Shown here one piece after another: positions 1-13,085 of a stretch of DNA of 64,000 bases (the first letter of the stretch is position 1; the number at the start of each line of letters is the position of its first letter). This stretch comes from Octopus sinensis (Eukaryota), in contig NC_043001.1 of NCBI RefSeq assembly GCF_006345805.1, forward strand, positions 4,216,001 to 4,280,000. The letters run 5' to 3'. A program made the translations under genes and the position numbers. The notes beneath the pieces are model-generated. The model was not told where the DNA came from. It did no database searches and saw only the letters and a list, made by a program, of their open reading frames with translations.

Positions 1-349
1 GGCTGTGTCTGTGCGTGTGTGTAGGTATGTATGTATGAATGTATTATCATGACCCTACGCTCACACACAGAGACACGTACACAGACGCTCACATACTTTT
101 CCGTGAAAAGAGTGCTTCTTTCAAATAAATTACCTACATTTGTCGTTTGGTCTAAATGTAATTAATCTTATCTTCAAATTAGATAATATATCGCTTTTTA
201 ATAAAGGGGGTAATTTTAATCGACAAAATAATTTTGTATATTAAATGCCCAAATAATTATTTACCATTAGACTCTTGTGAGTTAGTGGTTCCGTAGTGTT
301 TATATTCAGAAAACAATTCTGTAGAGAAGTGTTGTATGTGCGTTCACAG

Positions 350-463
350 CAAATGACACTCAGCGTTTTTCCGAGCCCATCCCTCTGATCGTATTAGCAA
401 ATCATGAAATCGGAAGACGTAAATGGGTTGCAGGAATATTATTACATATTTCTACAGATTATG
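350..463 (+). CDS. Candidate internal coding exon (phase 1-1), product unknown
   Basis: Acceptor ttcacag at 348-349 and donor G|gtaaat at 464. Only one frame is open: xNDTQRFSEPIPLIVLANHEIGRRKWVAGILLHISTDY. No homology recognised and the polypyrimidine tract is weak. Confidence 0.25.
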
Positions 464-1509
464 GTAAATATCACATAACATTGTATGGATTGCACCACAT
501 TCTATGAGATGTGGAATAAAACATGCCGTCCGTTTAAGAAAACAAAAGCAATGTCAGTTTGAATTTTTCTTTCTTCGTTTAAATGTTGCAATTTATTAAT
601 CATTCTGCGGGGATTATATTACGCCTTCTGGATCTTATTGTTGAGTTGTGCCGTGGTTCCATTAGTAGTAATAGAAGTGATTTTGATTTTAGAATACTAC
701 ACCAGCGAAGATCGTGCATGATCTTGCTTTTTTTTAATACATACATACATACACACACACATATGTATGTATGTACAAGAAATTATTTAAATATTAAATA
801 TTGATCAGTGATAGCGAAATTATTTTGAGCACTTGATCAATCGAAAAATATGGGTTAACATTCTCTAATTGTTGATAAAGTTGCAAACAACTAAAATACC
901 TCGCATTAAAATTTGAAATAAATGAAATATATAAATAATTAAACGGCAATGTGATTGAAATGATAGTTAAGTCCAAATTTTCGTTACAATTCACTTCAAA
1001 ATATTATTTCGAGGTATTACTATATTTAGAAATATTTGAAAAGATAATAATTCTGGAAGAGGAAATATAACAGGCAATATTCGTAAACACAATAATCTAG
1101 AGATGTACGAATTTCGGTAATTTATCAAGATGCATTTGAAAGCATATAGTTTGCAGATGATCTTGAGATAATTCTGTATCCTTTTTCCCATAGATAAATA
1201 TAGCTGGAAAGTATGTCATCAGTGTATGACGGCGAGGACATAATGAACCACATCAAATAGAAGGTGGATTGAATGCAGTAACATACACGAAATCACATAC
1301 ACGCATTTAGACACGTTCGCATACACGCACGCGCAAACATACACAGAATAAGAAAGACTACGTCAAAATGCCTAACAATCACATAATTATAAAATAAGTG
1401 ATAGCCATGAATGCATTGAGCAGGCACACGTTTTCGACTATAGGTATTTGCGTGTGTGTGTGCATTTAGGTATCTATTATCAATCCGTCTGCTTGTTTAC
1501 CGACCTACC

Positions 1510-1647
1510 GAGATATCTATCTATCTATCTATTTATCTATCTATTTATGTATCCATCTCTCTATCTATGTACCTACCTGCCTACCTACATAATACCTATG
1601 TATCTAGCAATCTATCTATATATGTACGGATCTATCTACTTACCTCC

Positions 1648-1685
<38 letters not shown>

Positions 1686-1745
1686 GTTTATCTATCTATC
1701 TACATATCTATCTATCTATCTGTTTGTCTGTCTGTCTATCTATCA
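1510..1745. repeat. (ATCT)n microsatellite
   Basis: Tandem tatc/ctat units; source of the YLSI-type ORFs. Confidence 0.95.
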
Positions 1746-2180
1746 GTCTAGCAATCTATTTCTCTTCACAAATATATACATTTAAACGTATATACATGTG
1801 TATATTTTATATACGAATATACCCGTATATAAGTATAAATAGGTGTGTGTGTGTGCGTTTGTGGGCCTATGTGATGTGTGTACGTGTTCGTGTATGTATG
1901 TATGTATGCGTGTGTTTGTTCCTGTGTAACTATTTTGTCTTAACGCTTACCGTAACAGCATATACCTCAAAATCATAGATAAAATATAAAGCGTTATAAT
2001 ATAAGTAATTGAACGCATCACTGAAGTTAGATTCTGAGAAGCTAAGCAGAGATAACTTCACAATTAATACTTATCTCATATCTGCATATAAATATCTACG
2101 TATGTATCTATATATTCATATCTATCTATCTATTTATGTATGTATATATATATATGTGTGTGTGTGTGAGTGCATGTGGT

Positions 2181-2220
<40 letters not shown>

Positions 2221-2273
2221 ACCACATGCACACACACACACATAGATAGAGAGAGTCAGCGAGATATAGGAGG

Positions 2274-2320
2274 GATCTGATGAGCGCTAGAGGGTCTCTA
2301 TATAGGAAACAGCGGCATTG
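2274..2320 (+). ncRNA. Degenerate hammerhead-like motif
   Basis: CTGATGA (2277-2283), TAGAG/CTCTA hairpin, then GAAAC-AGCG-GC (2306-2316), resembling ACAGCTGT. Stem I and the cleavage triplet are broken. Confidence 0.25.
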
Positions 2321-3302
2321 AAATGGTTTGGACTTTCTTTTCGAAATCTTTATCCGAAGAGTGGCTATAAGTGTGTATTCCTGCTTGCAATATATATGGG
2401 GTTCAAATTTCATCGATAATCGGGAAGCTCATAATATTTGTAATGTCGATTCCTACGGAACAGCCATATTGATATGCTAATAGACGTTACATTACATTAT
2501 AGTTACTAGTCTCATCTCTTATACAGATTGTGTAATTGGCTACTTTTTTTGTTGCAACGTCAGTGGCTGATTGTCGCTTAATTTTCTATCTATTGCGAAT
2601 TACTATATGTCTGGCCGATAGGTTGACCCCATTCAGGAATCTAAACCGGAAATAGCAACATCAAAAATGTAAAAGAAAAATTCCGCTTCATGCATTCGGC
2701 CCGAGAGCGTGTTTGAAAAGTTGGAAACCCATAATTCTTATACAAAGTATACACTGTAGACATAAAATACATACGATATGTGGACATTTTCTACAGAATC
2801 TAGGAGGCTAGCTCATAAATAAAATAATTCCATTTTAAATAATGAATAACTTTTACGTAATATTTATCGCCACTTTAATATGGGTGTCCAAAAGGATCCG
2901 CCGCTACTATCGTTTTTACCCCAGCAGGAGATTTCTCCGGCTGGTTATTGATGCAGACTGGAAACGATATATATTGCAAGCAGGAGAGTTAACTCCTACC
3001 ATCTTCTAGCCAGACGACGGAATCACCAGATCATACAATTTCTAGCTAGTTACACTCGACCACAAGGGTGGAAACCACTCCGATATAGATAGCAGCAAAT
3101 CTATCCAGCTCGCAATATACAAAATATAAATCACTCACCACGTGTCATTGCCACAGCTTTTAAATAAAACGTTTTCTAGTTATGTATACAAGGTGGGCCA
3201 AAAGTCAAGCACGAAATTATTTTTAGATATCAAAACTATGCTTCAATTTTCCTAAATTAAATAGAAAAATCATATGAACCTGTACCTCATGAACAAACAA
3301 AA

Positions 3303-3401
<99 letters not shown>

Positions 3402-3572
3402 TAATAATAATAATAAAATATTATTAATGATACTAACAACAACAACAACACTAATAATAACAGAATATACAACAATGCAGAAAGTGATAAACACATCTGG
3501 GCGAGGGGATAGAAAACAGACACAAATACATCCACCCACATATACAATGGGCTGAAGCTTTAGTTGAAGACC

Positions 3573-4050
3573 ATTGCTCAAGATGCCACGCAGTGAAACT
3601 GAACCCGGAACCATGAGGTTCTTACAACACTGCCACGCCTGCATCAATAAACATGTATACCCTTTTACTTGTTTCAGTCATTTGACTGCGGCCATGCTGG
3701 AGCACCGCCTTTAGTCGAGCAAATCGACCCCGGGACTTATTCTTTGTAAGCCCAGTACTTATTCTATCGGTCTCTTTTGCCGAACCGCTAAGTGACAGGG
3801 ACGTAAGCATACCAGCATCGGTTGTCAAGCAATTCTAGGGGGACAATCACACAAACACATACACACACATACATATACATATATATACATATATACGACA
3901 GGCTTCTTTCAGTTTCCGTCTACCAAATCCACTCAAGGCATTGGTCGGCCCGGGGCTATAGTAGAAGACACTTGCCCAAGACGCCACGCAGTGGGACTGA
4001 ACCCGGAACCATGTGGTTGGTTAGCAAGCTACTTACCACACAGCCACACC
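3573..4050 (-). mobile_element. tRNA-derived CORE-type SINE (Octopus OR-like) plus an extra head fragment
   Basis: Reverse complement of the head gtggctgtgtggtaagtagcttgc, the B-box-like ccgggttcagtccc, the CORE-like ttgggcaagtgtcttc and the tail ctccagcatggccgcagtcaaatgactg. Same family as 13541, 34963, 41535 and 57140. Confidence 0.85.
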
Positions 4051-6200
4051 TGTATGTATATTTTTGATATATACGCGGGAATAAGTATACGATTTTATTG
4101 TTATTCCTTCTTGTCCTACATTATAAGTTAACTGTGTTTGTATGCGTGCGTTTTGCTTCCACATACCTGTCTACTTCTTTAGTCATATGATGTAATTTCA
4201 ATCTGAAAGTGCGACGTCAATAATCAGTATTAATCATGCCCTGGTTTGCGTTATCTGATCCGTATACATTTTATGAAGCGGTCTTAGAATACTTCACGAC
4301 GTTACACCTTTACCCACAAAAAGACGTGAGATTTTATTAGATGTCTAGGTACATCCTTGTGTTTCATTAAGAAAATTATAATTTTAAACCTATAATTTAA
4401 ATTACATAATCCAGACTTCTTTTCACATCCTCAGAGGCAGATAGATTCAATAGGTAGCCTTGTTTGATTTTAGAAATATTGACACGTTTGACTATAATGA
4501 AATTGCTGAATGGCAGGTGCTCAGTGTTTCCACAAGAAGTACATGCGAGTATTATGAGGAAATATTTGTGAGTATGAGTACGTATGAGTGCGGGTGTATG
4601 CGTGCGCATTCGTTCCAATGTGCTTGTTCTGCCATTGTAATTTCTAAGAATTCTTTAATAAAGACAACAATATAATCGCATCTGAAAGCATCAGTTTTGC
4701 TGACCAAAAAAGACATTAAAAATTTATGGAGAATTTATTTGTTAAAATAACTTAATATATTCACATTAAGTAATAAGCAGTAGTCTTTGTAAATCAAAAT
4801 GATAGTATTTCTAGGTCACTAACGGAAAACAGAACAGAAAGCTTTCTACAAAGAAAAGTACTGCTGTACTTACAAAATAGATTTCTCCCGACATTTTTTC
4901 TTTTTGTTCTTCTAGTACCTATTTCCGAGTCTTACATTGGATCGATATAACAGTTTTATGCATTTTAAATACATGTGTTTCCTAACAGTGAAAAGTGTTC
5001 GTAGAATGTAAGAGTAAATTGATCGGAGAGAATTCCTCATTATTAAAAGCGTCACGTTTCTGGGAGTGTTTTGAAAATTTATACATTTCTTCTTTTTTCC
5101 AAATAAATATAAATGAATTCAAGTTCTTTGACTTTGGAATAGTAGATAAGATATATATATTTACGAATTTCAGTATTTGTTCAAACGGTCAGCAGACGTA
5201 TTATTGAATTAAAATAACGTATTTCTCCGGAATCCAACCTGAGATGAATCTTAATTTTCATTTCTATGTTGCAGATAGCGAAAGAATAAAACATATCTTC
5301 TTAGCTTAATATGAACTGGAGAATGTTACCAAAGTTACATGATGCAATAACTTAGAATTTCGATAAGCAAAATAAAATTAAAACCTAATAAACTCCACTT
5401 ACGCTGATTACAGCTTGATTTAAGCTTTCATAATAAACCAAGTACCACACCGTTAATATGTTTCATACTTGTACAAACCTGCATAACTTATAATGCTCCA
5501 TATTCCAAATCAATATTTAAAAAAAAATTGTTGGTATTACATTAATCATAATAACTAATGTTAGTTGTTTGGAATTGGTTTAAAAATCATAATTACCTTA
5601 ATTTGTTATCCAAATTTCAATTTGAATCTGCGATTGTCTAAGAATAACGTGTAATTTGGAAGAAAGTATTGTTTATCATCATAACTGTAATATGCTGTTA
5701 TGAATTTGTATAAAATCTCTGGAAAATCGGTGCTTAATTATCTCGTTGAATGAAAAAGGTATTTCTATCGATCGCTGAACGTTCGTGCCATTTCACTTCG
5801 ATAAGGAAAATACAGATGATTATTTCATTCGTTAACCACAAGTCATGCATTTTTTTACTCCTGACTAATATTTACCTTAATAATACCTGGATAGGTGACA
5901 GGCCAAGTAGTACTTGACAATTTTAAAGTAATTAAATATTAGAAATATATTATTTGGCAAGATAGCCAACTGACACTTGGCCTTCTATAATGGAGTATAT
6001 CAATTACTTGAAACATTGGGAATGAATTCAATTTCGAATAAAAAAACAACTCGGTCGCTCATACTTAGCGTATGTGTATTGTTTATACGCTAATGTGCTG
6101 CCCTATAGCGTCCTGGTAAAGATGCCTAGATATCGTCGACTTCCAAAGAACACTGAATTTTATACCCTTCTCGATTTCTCTTTAATCATATATATATATA

Positions 6201-6360
6201 GGACATTTCACGAAAAAAACAAACGGCGAAGACAGGTGGTGTAGAAAACAAACAGATGTATAAGTATAACGCTAGGGAATAGAAAAGGTATTTTACGTTT
6301 CGAGCCTGCGCTCTTCTACAGAAAGGGACAGAAAAAACAAGGAGAGAAAAAATGTGTGCA
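6201..6360 (-). mobile_element. Penelope-like 3' terminal repeat, family C
   Basis: High similarity to 36106-36290. Carries an HHR-like motif and its 3' end abuts (TA)n. Confidence 0.6.
6288..6329 (-). ncRNA. Minimal type I hammerhead-like motif, family C (A6U core)
   Basis: Minus strand reads TTT-CTGTAGA-A-GAGC-gcag-GCTC-GAA-ACGT-A-AAA. Confidence 0.55.
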
Positions 6361-6655
6361 GTGGCTATCAAACTATCATGACGACTGATAGATATACATA
6401 TACATATATATATTTATATATATACGAGTGTGTTTGTGTGCGTAGGTATACGCCTGTGCATGTGTATGCACGTGTGTGTGTGTGTGTTAGCGTATATGAA
6501 AATAATTCTTTTTTTTCTGTCCTTTATTATTTTATTCTTTTACTTGTTTCGGTCATTGTTACAATGGCAATGCTGGAGTAACCCCTGAAAGAGCTTTAAT
6601 GAAAGAAATGGGCCCCGGGACTTATTCTTTGAAAGCATAGTACTTGCAAACGAAC

Positions 6656-9292
6656 CCTATGAACGTTTCAATTCAGTCCTATATATAATTGTAAACTCAA
6701 AGATTGGAATAAATCCAAGGATTGGAATAAAGTAGGATCTTGGATAATATTGGTTAAAATCTCACGAGGGTTAGAGTACAATAGAAATACTTACATGTTG
6801 ATGGATGGGATTTTATAAATAGACCAAGAAATTTAAGAAATATATATTCATTTCGTGTATGTGTATGCTAATAGGTTTTATAAAATGACATTAAAAATTA
6901 CAAACAGCGTACAGGGTTAAAAATATTAAATAAGTGTATAATTTGAAGTAAAATAAAACCGTTATTTATGTAAATGTCTATTGATTTATTTAATCAATGT
7001 ATATTACAGCCTATGTATTTACTGTTATAAAATCTTATCTAATCAGATTCATTTGCTTATGAATGTGTGTGTGCAGTTAAATTTGAAGATGATGGTTCTA
7101 ACGCTTAGAGTATGTATATATATATATCCGTTGTGTGCATGTATATATATAATTAGAGTTAAGCAAGATTATTCAAATTTAGTGTTATATCATTAATTGT
7201 AGATTCATGATGCAGGAGGGAGATAGTGTGTATTACGTGGCAGCCTCATGCAGATTAGGTGTATTACGTCATTAGATTTTATTAAAATATACCAAGATTG
7301 CTTATATAGAGGGTTATCTAAATATATAACCATTAAAAAGATTAATTGATTATTTTAATTTCAATTATCCAAAGATTATTGGCTATGCAATGCTACTTAA
7401 TAGTAAATTATACATTAAGTATTATGCGATGTATATACTAATTTTACATAGAGCGATATAATTAGATCATAGTAATATTATGTTTGAATAAAAATAATAA
7501 AATAATAAATATTGAATTTCTAAATCTCTCGTAGAGACCTGTACGGTGGTGGGGCGATAGAATGGTTGTATACTGTCAATCTAACAAGAACGTGACAGTA
7601 GGGGGTACATAATGTATATAAGGACACAGAATAGCTAACCACAGGGAAAAAATGTGTCGAAGCTGTCAGGAGGCGTTCGATGCCTCCTAGGGCTATACAA
7701 CGGTGGTGTACCCCCTACTGTCACGTTCTTGTTAGATTGACAGTATACAACCAATAAAATAATAATGTATTTTAATATTTTTATGATATAAATTAAAGTT
7801 CATCAATATTATTGAAAATAATATTTATATTTTTCTTAATAAATTCGTGATACAGAGAGGGAAGAATTGTGTATTACATGGTGACCGTACAGATTTAGTG
7901 TATAATGTCAAAAGTTAATGTGTTCTTGAAAGAGCAAGACAATATCTAACGAAGATTGTCTGTTTATATAGCAATTATATTTATAAATTGATCATGTTAA
8001 TTATTATATTGTTACATTTGTAATTATAGTTACAATTGTAATTGTAATATTTAACTACTACAATAGCAGAAAAATTATATATTATATGTTTGCAATTTCT
8101 TCATATTACATTTTTCGCATGTATTTAATACATAGACTAGCAATATTTAGACAAAAAATATCTTAGAAGCAGACACACAAGCTACACATTTTCATATCTG
8201 TAATTAATTTGCTGATGTCTCGAAGACATGATTAAGTAAATTCCTTATATACGGAGATGGCATCTCCTGTCATTCTTACACTATGATTTAGTTCGAGTCA
8301 TAATTTTCCATTTAATATTATTCTTGTTGCTTTCCTTTATTCTCCAAAGACTCTTACTAAGACTTGTATTGCTAATTTTTAGGTGGTTTCGTGGTTAGCT
8401 ATTCTTTTCGTAATAGGGCACACAATTGAACTTAAAATAATTAAGAATATCATTTCATATTTTAATGACTATATAATTAGATAACCTTCTTTATAACTAA
8501 TATTGATGCCCTTTTAAGAAAGCATAATTTCATGACGTAATGCACCTAATCTACATTAGGCAGCCACTTAATACGCAATTTGCCACTTCTGCATCATGAA
8601 TCTACAATTAACTGTGTAACACCTCATTTTAATGATCTTGATTAACTTTAATAATATAGAGTTATTAAAATTAATTGTCATTATTTTTTTGCTTAATTAA
8701 AAAAAAAAATAAATATATCATATATCTAATATATTTATACCCAAGCACACTCATACATATATACACATATACATGAAACATATATATATATATACATATA
8801 AACATATACGTAAGCTAAGCATTAATAATACTATATATGGAGACATACATATTTTTAACGTCTATACTTTTCAAATTAAACCACAGATACACTTGCATAA
8901 ACAAATCAATCTGGTTCGATAACATTTTATGATAATAAATACATAGGCAGTAATTTACATTGATTAAGTAAGCTAATAGAAATTTACCTATATAACCATA
9001 TTATGTTTTTTACTTTAAATTTTATACTTATTATTATTGCTATTTTTATTTCTATTTTTTAACCTTATTTATTATAATTTCTAATATTTAAAAAATATTA
9101 GAATACACATACACACAATAAATATTCAGTTCTTAATTTTCTTAGTATATTTATAAAACTAAAGCAATTATACTCTTGCCCTGGCGATACTCTACCAAAT
9201 ATCTTTCAAATGATATTTTATTCTAATCTTTGGATTTATTTCAATCTTTGAATTATCAATTATATATACCACTGAATTGAAACGTACGTAGG
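6656..9292. repeat. Large diverged inverted repeat (fold-back), arms about 6656-7366 and 8424-9292
   Basis: Collinear reverse-complement matches across the arms: 6656-6790 vs 9165-9292, 6960-7090 vs 8870-9005, 7150-7366 vs 8424-8652 (for example aattgtagattcatgatgcag vs ctgcatcatgaatctacaatt). Confidence 0.85.
7563..7753. repeat. Perfect 47-bp inverted repeat with 97-bp spacer
   Basis: 7563-7609 is the exact reverse complement of 7707-7753. Confidence 0.95.
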
Positions 9293-9470
9293 CTTTTTCG
9301 GTTAGTATGTTAATAAACTAATTTTATATCATCCCAAACAATCCTTTCTCGTTAATTTACAATTATAATAATCCCATATATATTGAAGAGATTATCCTCA
9401 ACGGTGATTAAACCAGTGAAAAGTCGGATATATTAATCCCTTATGAGAATAAGACATCCTCGCATTGACA

Positions 9471-9516
<46 letters not shown>

Positions 9517-9670
9517 TTGCTTAGTGGTTAGGGCACTCATCTAACGGTTGTAAGGTCGTAATTTCAATTCCCCAGCAATGAGTTGTGTTCTTGAGTAAGA
9601 CATTTTATTTCACGTGCAAGCTGTTCAGCTGATCGTATCAGGTGGGACCCTCATCGCTGTAACCGACAGA
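9517..9670 (+). mobile_element. Degenerate tRNA-derived SINE
   Basis: A-box-like cttagtggttaggg, B-box-like tttcaattccc and CORE-like gttgtgttcttgagtaagacatttt. Confidence 0.5.
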
Positions 9671-9841
9671 GATCTCCTTCCTTCTTCTATATGTATATTA
9701 TATTATATTATTTAATATTATATTTATTGAGATATAAAGTTTAGTTCCTCCGCAAAGAGAATTATTCCTGAGGTTTCCAATGTCATTTTATCATACGTTA
9801 TTTATGAATTTCGTATCATGTCCGTATGAAAATGGATATAT

Positions 9842-10456
9842 GCAAATGCTCCTTATAAGAATTAATTCATTGAACGGAGTTCAATGATCATCATCAAATA
9901 AAGTGAAACAAGGCAGATTGTCTTGTTAAGGATTGGTTATTCATTTATTCAATTATCCCAGACAGCTGTTTATGCCAAAAATACTATGATATCAACAATA
10001 GAAATAACGCATATTATTATAATATATTGTCTTTTTGTACTCATTAGAGGATTATAATTGAAATAATAAGACATCTATAATTTATTATCTTCAGTTTTTT
10101 TCTGTATTTTTATATTAATAATTACTTCGTTAAACTCACGAAATTTAATTCAAGGCTAAGTTTTAAAATCGTAACGTTTATATTTCTAATTTGTCTGATT
10201 GGTAAAACTGAACTCCCTCCTAGTCATATCCAAATAAATATCTGCCTTGTTTATCTCTTGGTTGTTGGACAAAATGGATATGTGTAGGTACATCTACAAG
10301 CACCAAATAAGGAGCTAAATATTTCATTTTGACAGAAACAGCTGTCTCATATAATTGAATGAGTAATTCATCATTAGCAACAGAGTCTGCTTAATTTCAT
10401 TTTATGTGATGACGTTTATTGAACTCCGTTTAATGAATTCTTATAATGAGAATTTG

Positions 10457-10457
<1 letters not shown>
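9842..10457. repeat. Diverged fold-back element, arms about 9842-9980 and 10327-10457
   Basis: gcaaatgctccttataagaatt...gaacggagttcaat matches the reverse complement of attgaactccgttt...ttcttataatgagaatttgc. Both arms carry acagctgt; (TA)n lies on the right. Confidence 0.8.
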
Positions 10458-10517
<60 letters not shown>

Positions 10518-11624
10518 CAAAAGTGACAAGGTAATAATGGTCATTACATATAATTACTTTATTATAGGAAATTTGGCTTACAGCTGTTTCCAGTAGTCAT
10601 TATAAAGAGGTTTATTGATCAATTGAGAGAAATTGAAAGACCTAAGGAAGTTAAAACTTTCAACAAAGCACTTCAAGAATGATTATTCTTCGAGTGTTCT
10701 GTTTGTTATTTCCAGCAATGGCTCATTCGTAGTTTTACATTTCTTAGGTGTTTCGATTCATCTCAATTGAACAATATACCATTTGAGTAAACATATCTAT
10801 AATGATAACTGGAAAGATCTGTGAGCAAAATTTTCTATGATTAAGCAATTACATAACGTGACCATTATTTTTACTTGCGTATTACATATCACTCTTCAAA
10901 AACCTGTTTGTTTGGAGCCTATCCACGGATTTACAAAATAGAATTGTAATGAACCATGACATTTGTCTGTATCAGCAAGAGATAACCTATCCAAGGGTAA
11001 ATATGCTGCAGGTTTCTGTTCATTTCCCAGTTTTTAAGACAACTTGATGGGAGGTTATTTTGGCTGCTCTTTCAGGCAGGTAGACTACAGTTTATATTTC
11101 TTCGTTTTGGTTCGTTGTAGTATATTTTGGAGAATTAAATGTATTTGTAACATTTTTCACCAGGTACGATGAAACTTTGTTTACAAGAAAGCTTACCTGT
11201 AACACATCTCAGACATTGTTCCCCTCACCATTTCCAATGAACTACGTCTCTAAGTAGTTGGAGCTAACGAGACATAAGTACTTCGATAATTTCTTCAGCA
11301 CAATGTTAATTATGTGCTTTAATTGCTTTCTAGTATGTTTGACTGCTCAGTCAATGACCTGATTCACAGAAATGTCCAGGTTTTCAAGAGCTTACTAAAG
11401 AGATGAAAGTGGGAAATTTCAGGTTTCACATAGAAATACTGATGTAGGAAGAAAACGAAGTGCGTTTCAAAAAGAAAGATTAATGAAATCCTCACAAGAT
11501 TTACGAGTTAAAATCTTGCCGACGTCTTAGTTAATGTTGATCGATTTAAATGCCTAGTGGTTAAGAGCGGGGTCTACTAACCCCAAGATTTCGAGTTCGA
11601 TTCCAGGCAGCCACCTGAATAATA

Positions 11625-11667
<43 letters not shown>

Positions 11668-11709
11668 CAACAACAACAACAGCAACAATAGCAACACAAT
11701 CGTAAAATA

Positions 11710-12999
11710 CGAGGGACGTTCAATAAGTAATGCCTCTGACCAACTTGCAGTTGTTTGATCTAGCTGGAATTTTGCACGTGCAATCATTTATATCTCTATA
11801 GAGTAAGTGGCAAATTACAGCACTGAATTAATTGTGATTTCTTCTTTACAGGTGTTTGAACCGAGTCAAGTGTTAAATGGAGCCTGTTGAGTGTCGAGCA
11901 GTGATCCGGTTTTTGTATTTGAAAGGACGCACACCACGGGAGACTTTTGATGAAATGAAAGTAACTTATGGTGATGATGCCCCATCATATGACCTTGTAA
12001 AACGCTGGCATCGTGAATTCAAACATGGTCGGAACTCTGTGGAAACAGCTCCCAGATCTGGTCGCCCCCTTCTGCCATTGATGAGGCATCTGTCCGTCAA
12101 GTTGAGGCTGCCATTTTGGAAGATCGACGCATAACTATTCGCGAAATAGCCCATGAGGTCAAGATTAGTACCGGGTCTGTGGAAACTATCATTCATGACC
12201 ATTTGCATATGCAAAAGATGTCTGCCAGATGGATTCCCAGGTTGCTCATGCCTTTCCAGAAGCAAGAACGCATCGAGTGCTCGAGGGTGAATTTGGAGAT
12301 GTGCCAAGAAGATGAATCCAAATTTTTCGAAAGACTGATTACACAGGATGAAATCTGGGTCCATCACTATGATCCAGAGACCAAAGCCCAGTCAATACAG
12401 TGCAAGCACCGTGACTCAACCCCTCCAAAGAAGGCAAGGGTGCAGCCCTCCGCTGGCAAGGTCATGCTCACAGTCTTCTGGGACCAGGACTGAGAAGTTA
12501 TGACAGATTTCCTGGCAAAGGGTACCACAATTGCAGGAGCCTATTATGCTTCACTTTTGAGGAAATTAAGAGAAGTTATCAAAATCAAGAGGCGGGGCAA
12601 GATCAGCAAAGGCATCCTCCTCCTGCAGGACAACGCTCCGGTCCACAACTCGCTTGTCACCAGATCAGAAGCACAGGCGTATGGCTATGAACTCCTCCCC
12701 CACCCCCTACTTTCCTGACCTTGCACCCTCTGATTTTCACCTCTTCCCAGTCATGAAGTTGTTTTTGAAAAGAAAGCGTTTCCCAGATGCTGCAGCCTCG
12801 ATTTCTGAAGTCGCGTTCAGGTTGGAGGACCAAGCTGGGGTCTTCTATAAAAACGGTCTCCAGAGCTGCATCAAACCATGGGAGAAATGCGTAACTCTGG
12901 GTGGTTCCTATGTAGAAAAAGACTAATAACTGTGCCAAGTTTCGTTGCTCTACTGCTATGGGAAGTGGGTCAGGAGCATTACTTATTGAACGCCCCTCG
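11710..12999 (+). mobile_element. Mariner DNA transposon, irritans-like, full length (1290 bp)
   Basis: 32-bp TIRs (11710-11741 and 12968-12999, 3 mismatches), TA duplication at 11708-11709 and 13000-13001, and an internal transposase. Confidence 0.97.
11877..12926 (+). pseudogene. Mariner DD34D transposase pseudogene
   Basis: MEPVECRAVIRFL...RSGRP, WIPRLL, TQDEIW, QDNA and YFPDLAPSDF motifs with D34D spacing. Frameshifts near 12069 and 12703, in-frame TGA at 12491-12493. The N-terminus resembles Himar1/Hsmar2-type proteins. Confidence 0.95.
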
Positions 13000-13039
13000 T
13001 ACCTTAGGAATGAGAGCTCGAGTTCCAAAATTTCCCCAA

Positions 13040-13085
13040 GATACCTGATGAAGCCTGGAGGGTATGTCAGCCGAAACATTGTGTT
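13040..13085 (+). ncRNA. Hammerhead motif, family B (mutated copy)
   Basis: GATAC-CTGATGA-A-GCCTG-loop-CAGCC-GAA-ACAT-T-GTGTT. Confidence 0.55.

Noticed and set aside
3139-3251. Minus-strand exon with a good acceptor and GTGAGT donor
   Set aside because: All three frames contain stops.
6650-9400. Possible mitochondrial insertion (very AT-rich)
   Set aside because: No mitochondrial gene, rRNA or tRNA motif was recognised; the region is explained as an inverted repeat.
11551-11615. tRNA gene (also the heads at 58812 and 61870-61930)
   Set aside because: A and B boxes are present, but there is no complete acceptor stem and each runs into a SINE body.
11852-11877. Splice acceptor upstream of the mariner ATG allowing a SETMAR-like fusion
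   Set aside because: An in-frame TAA lies immediately before the ATG, and the transposase is frameshifted.
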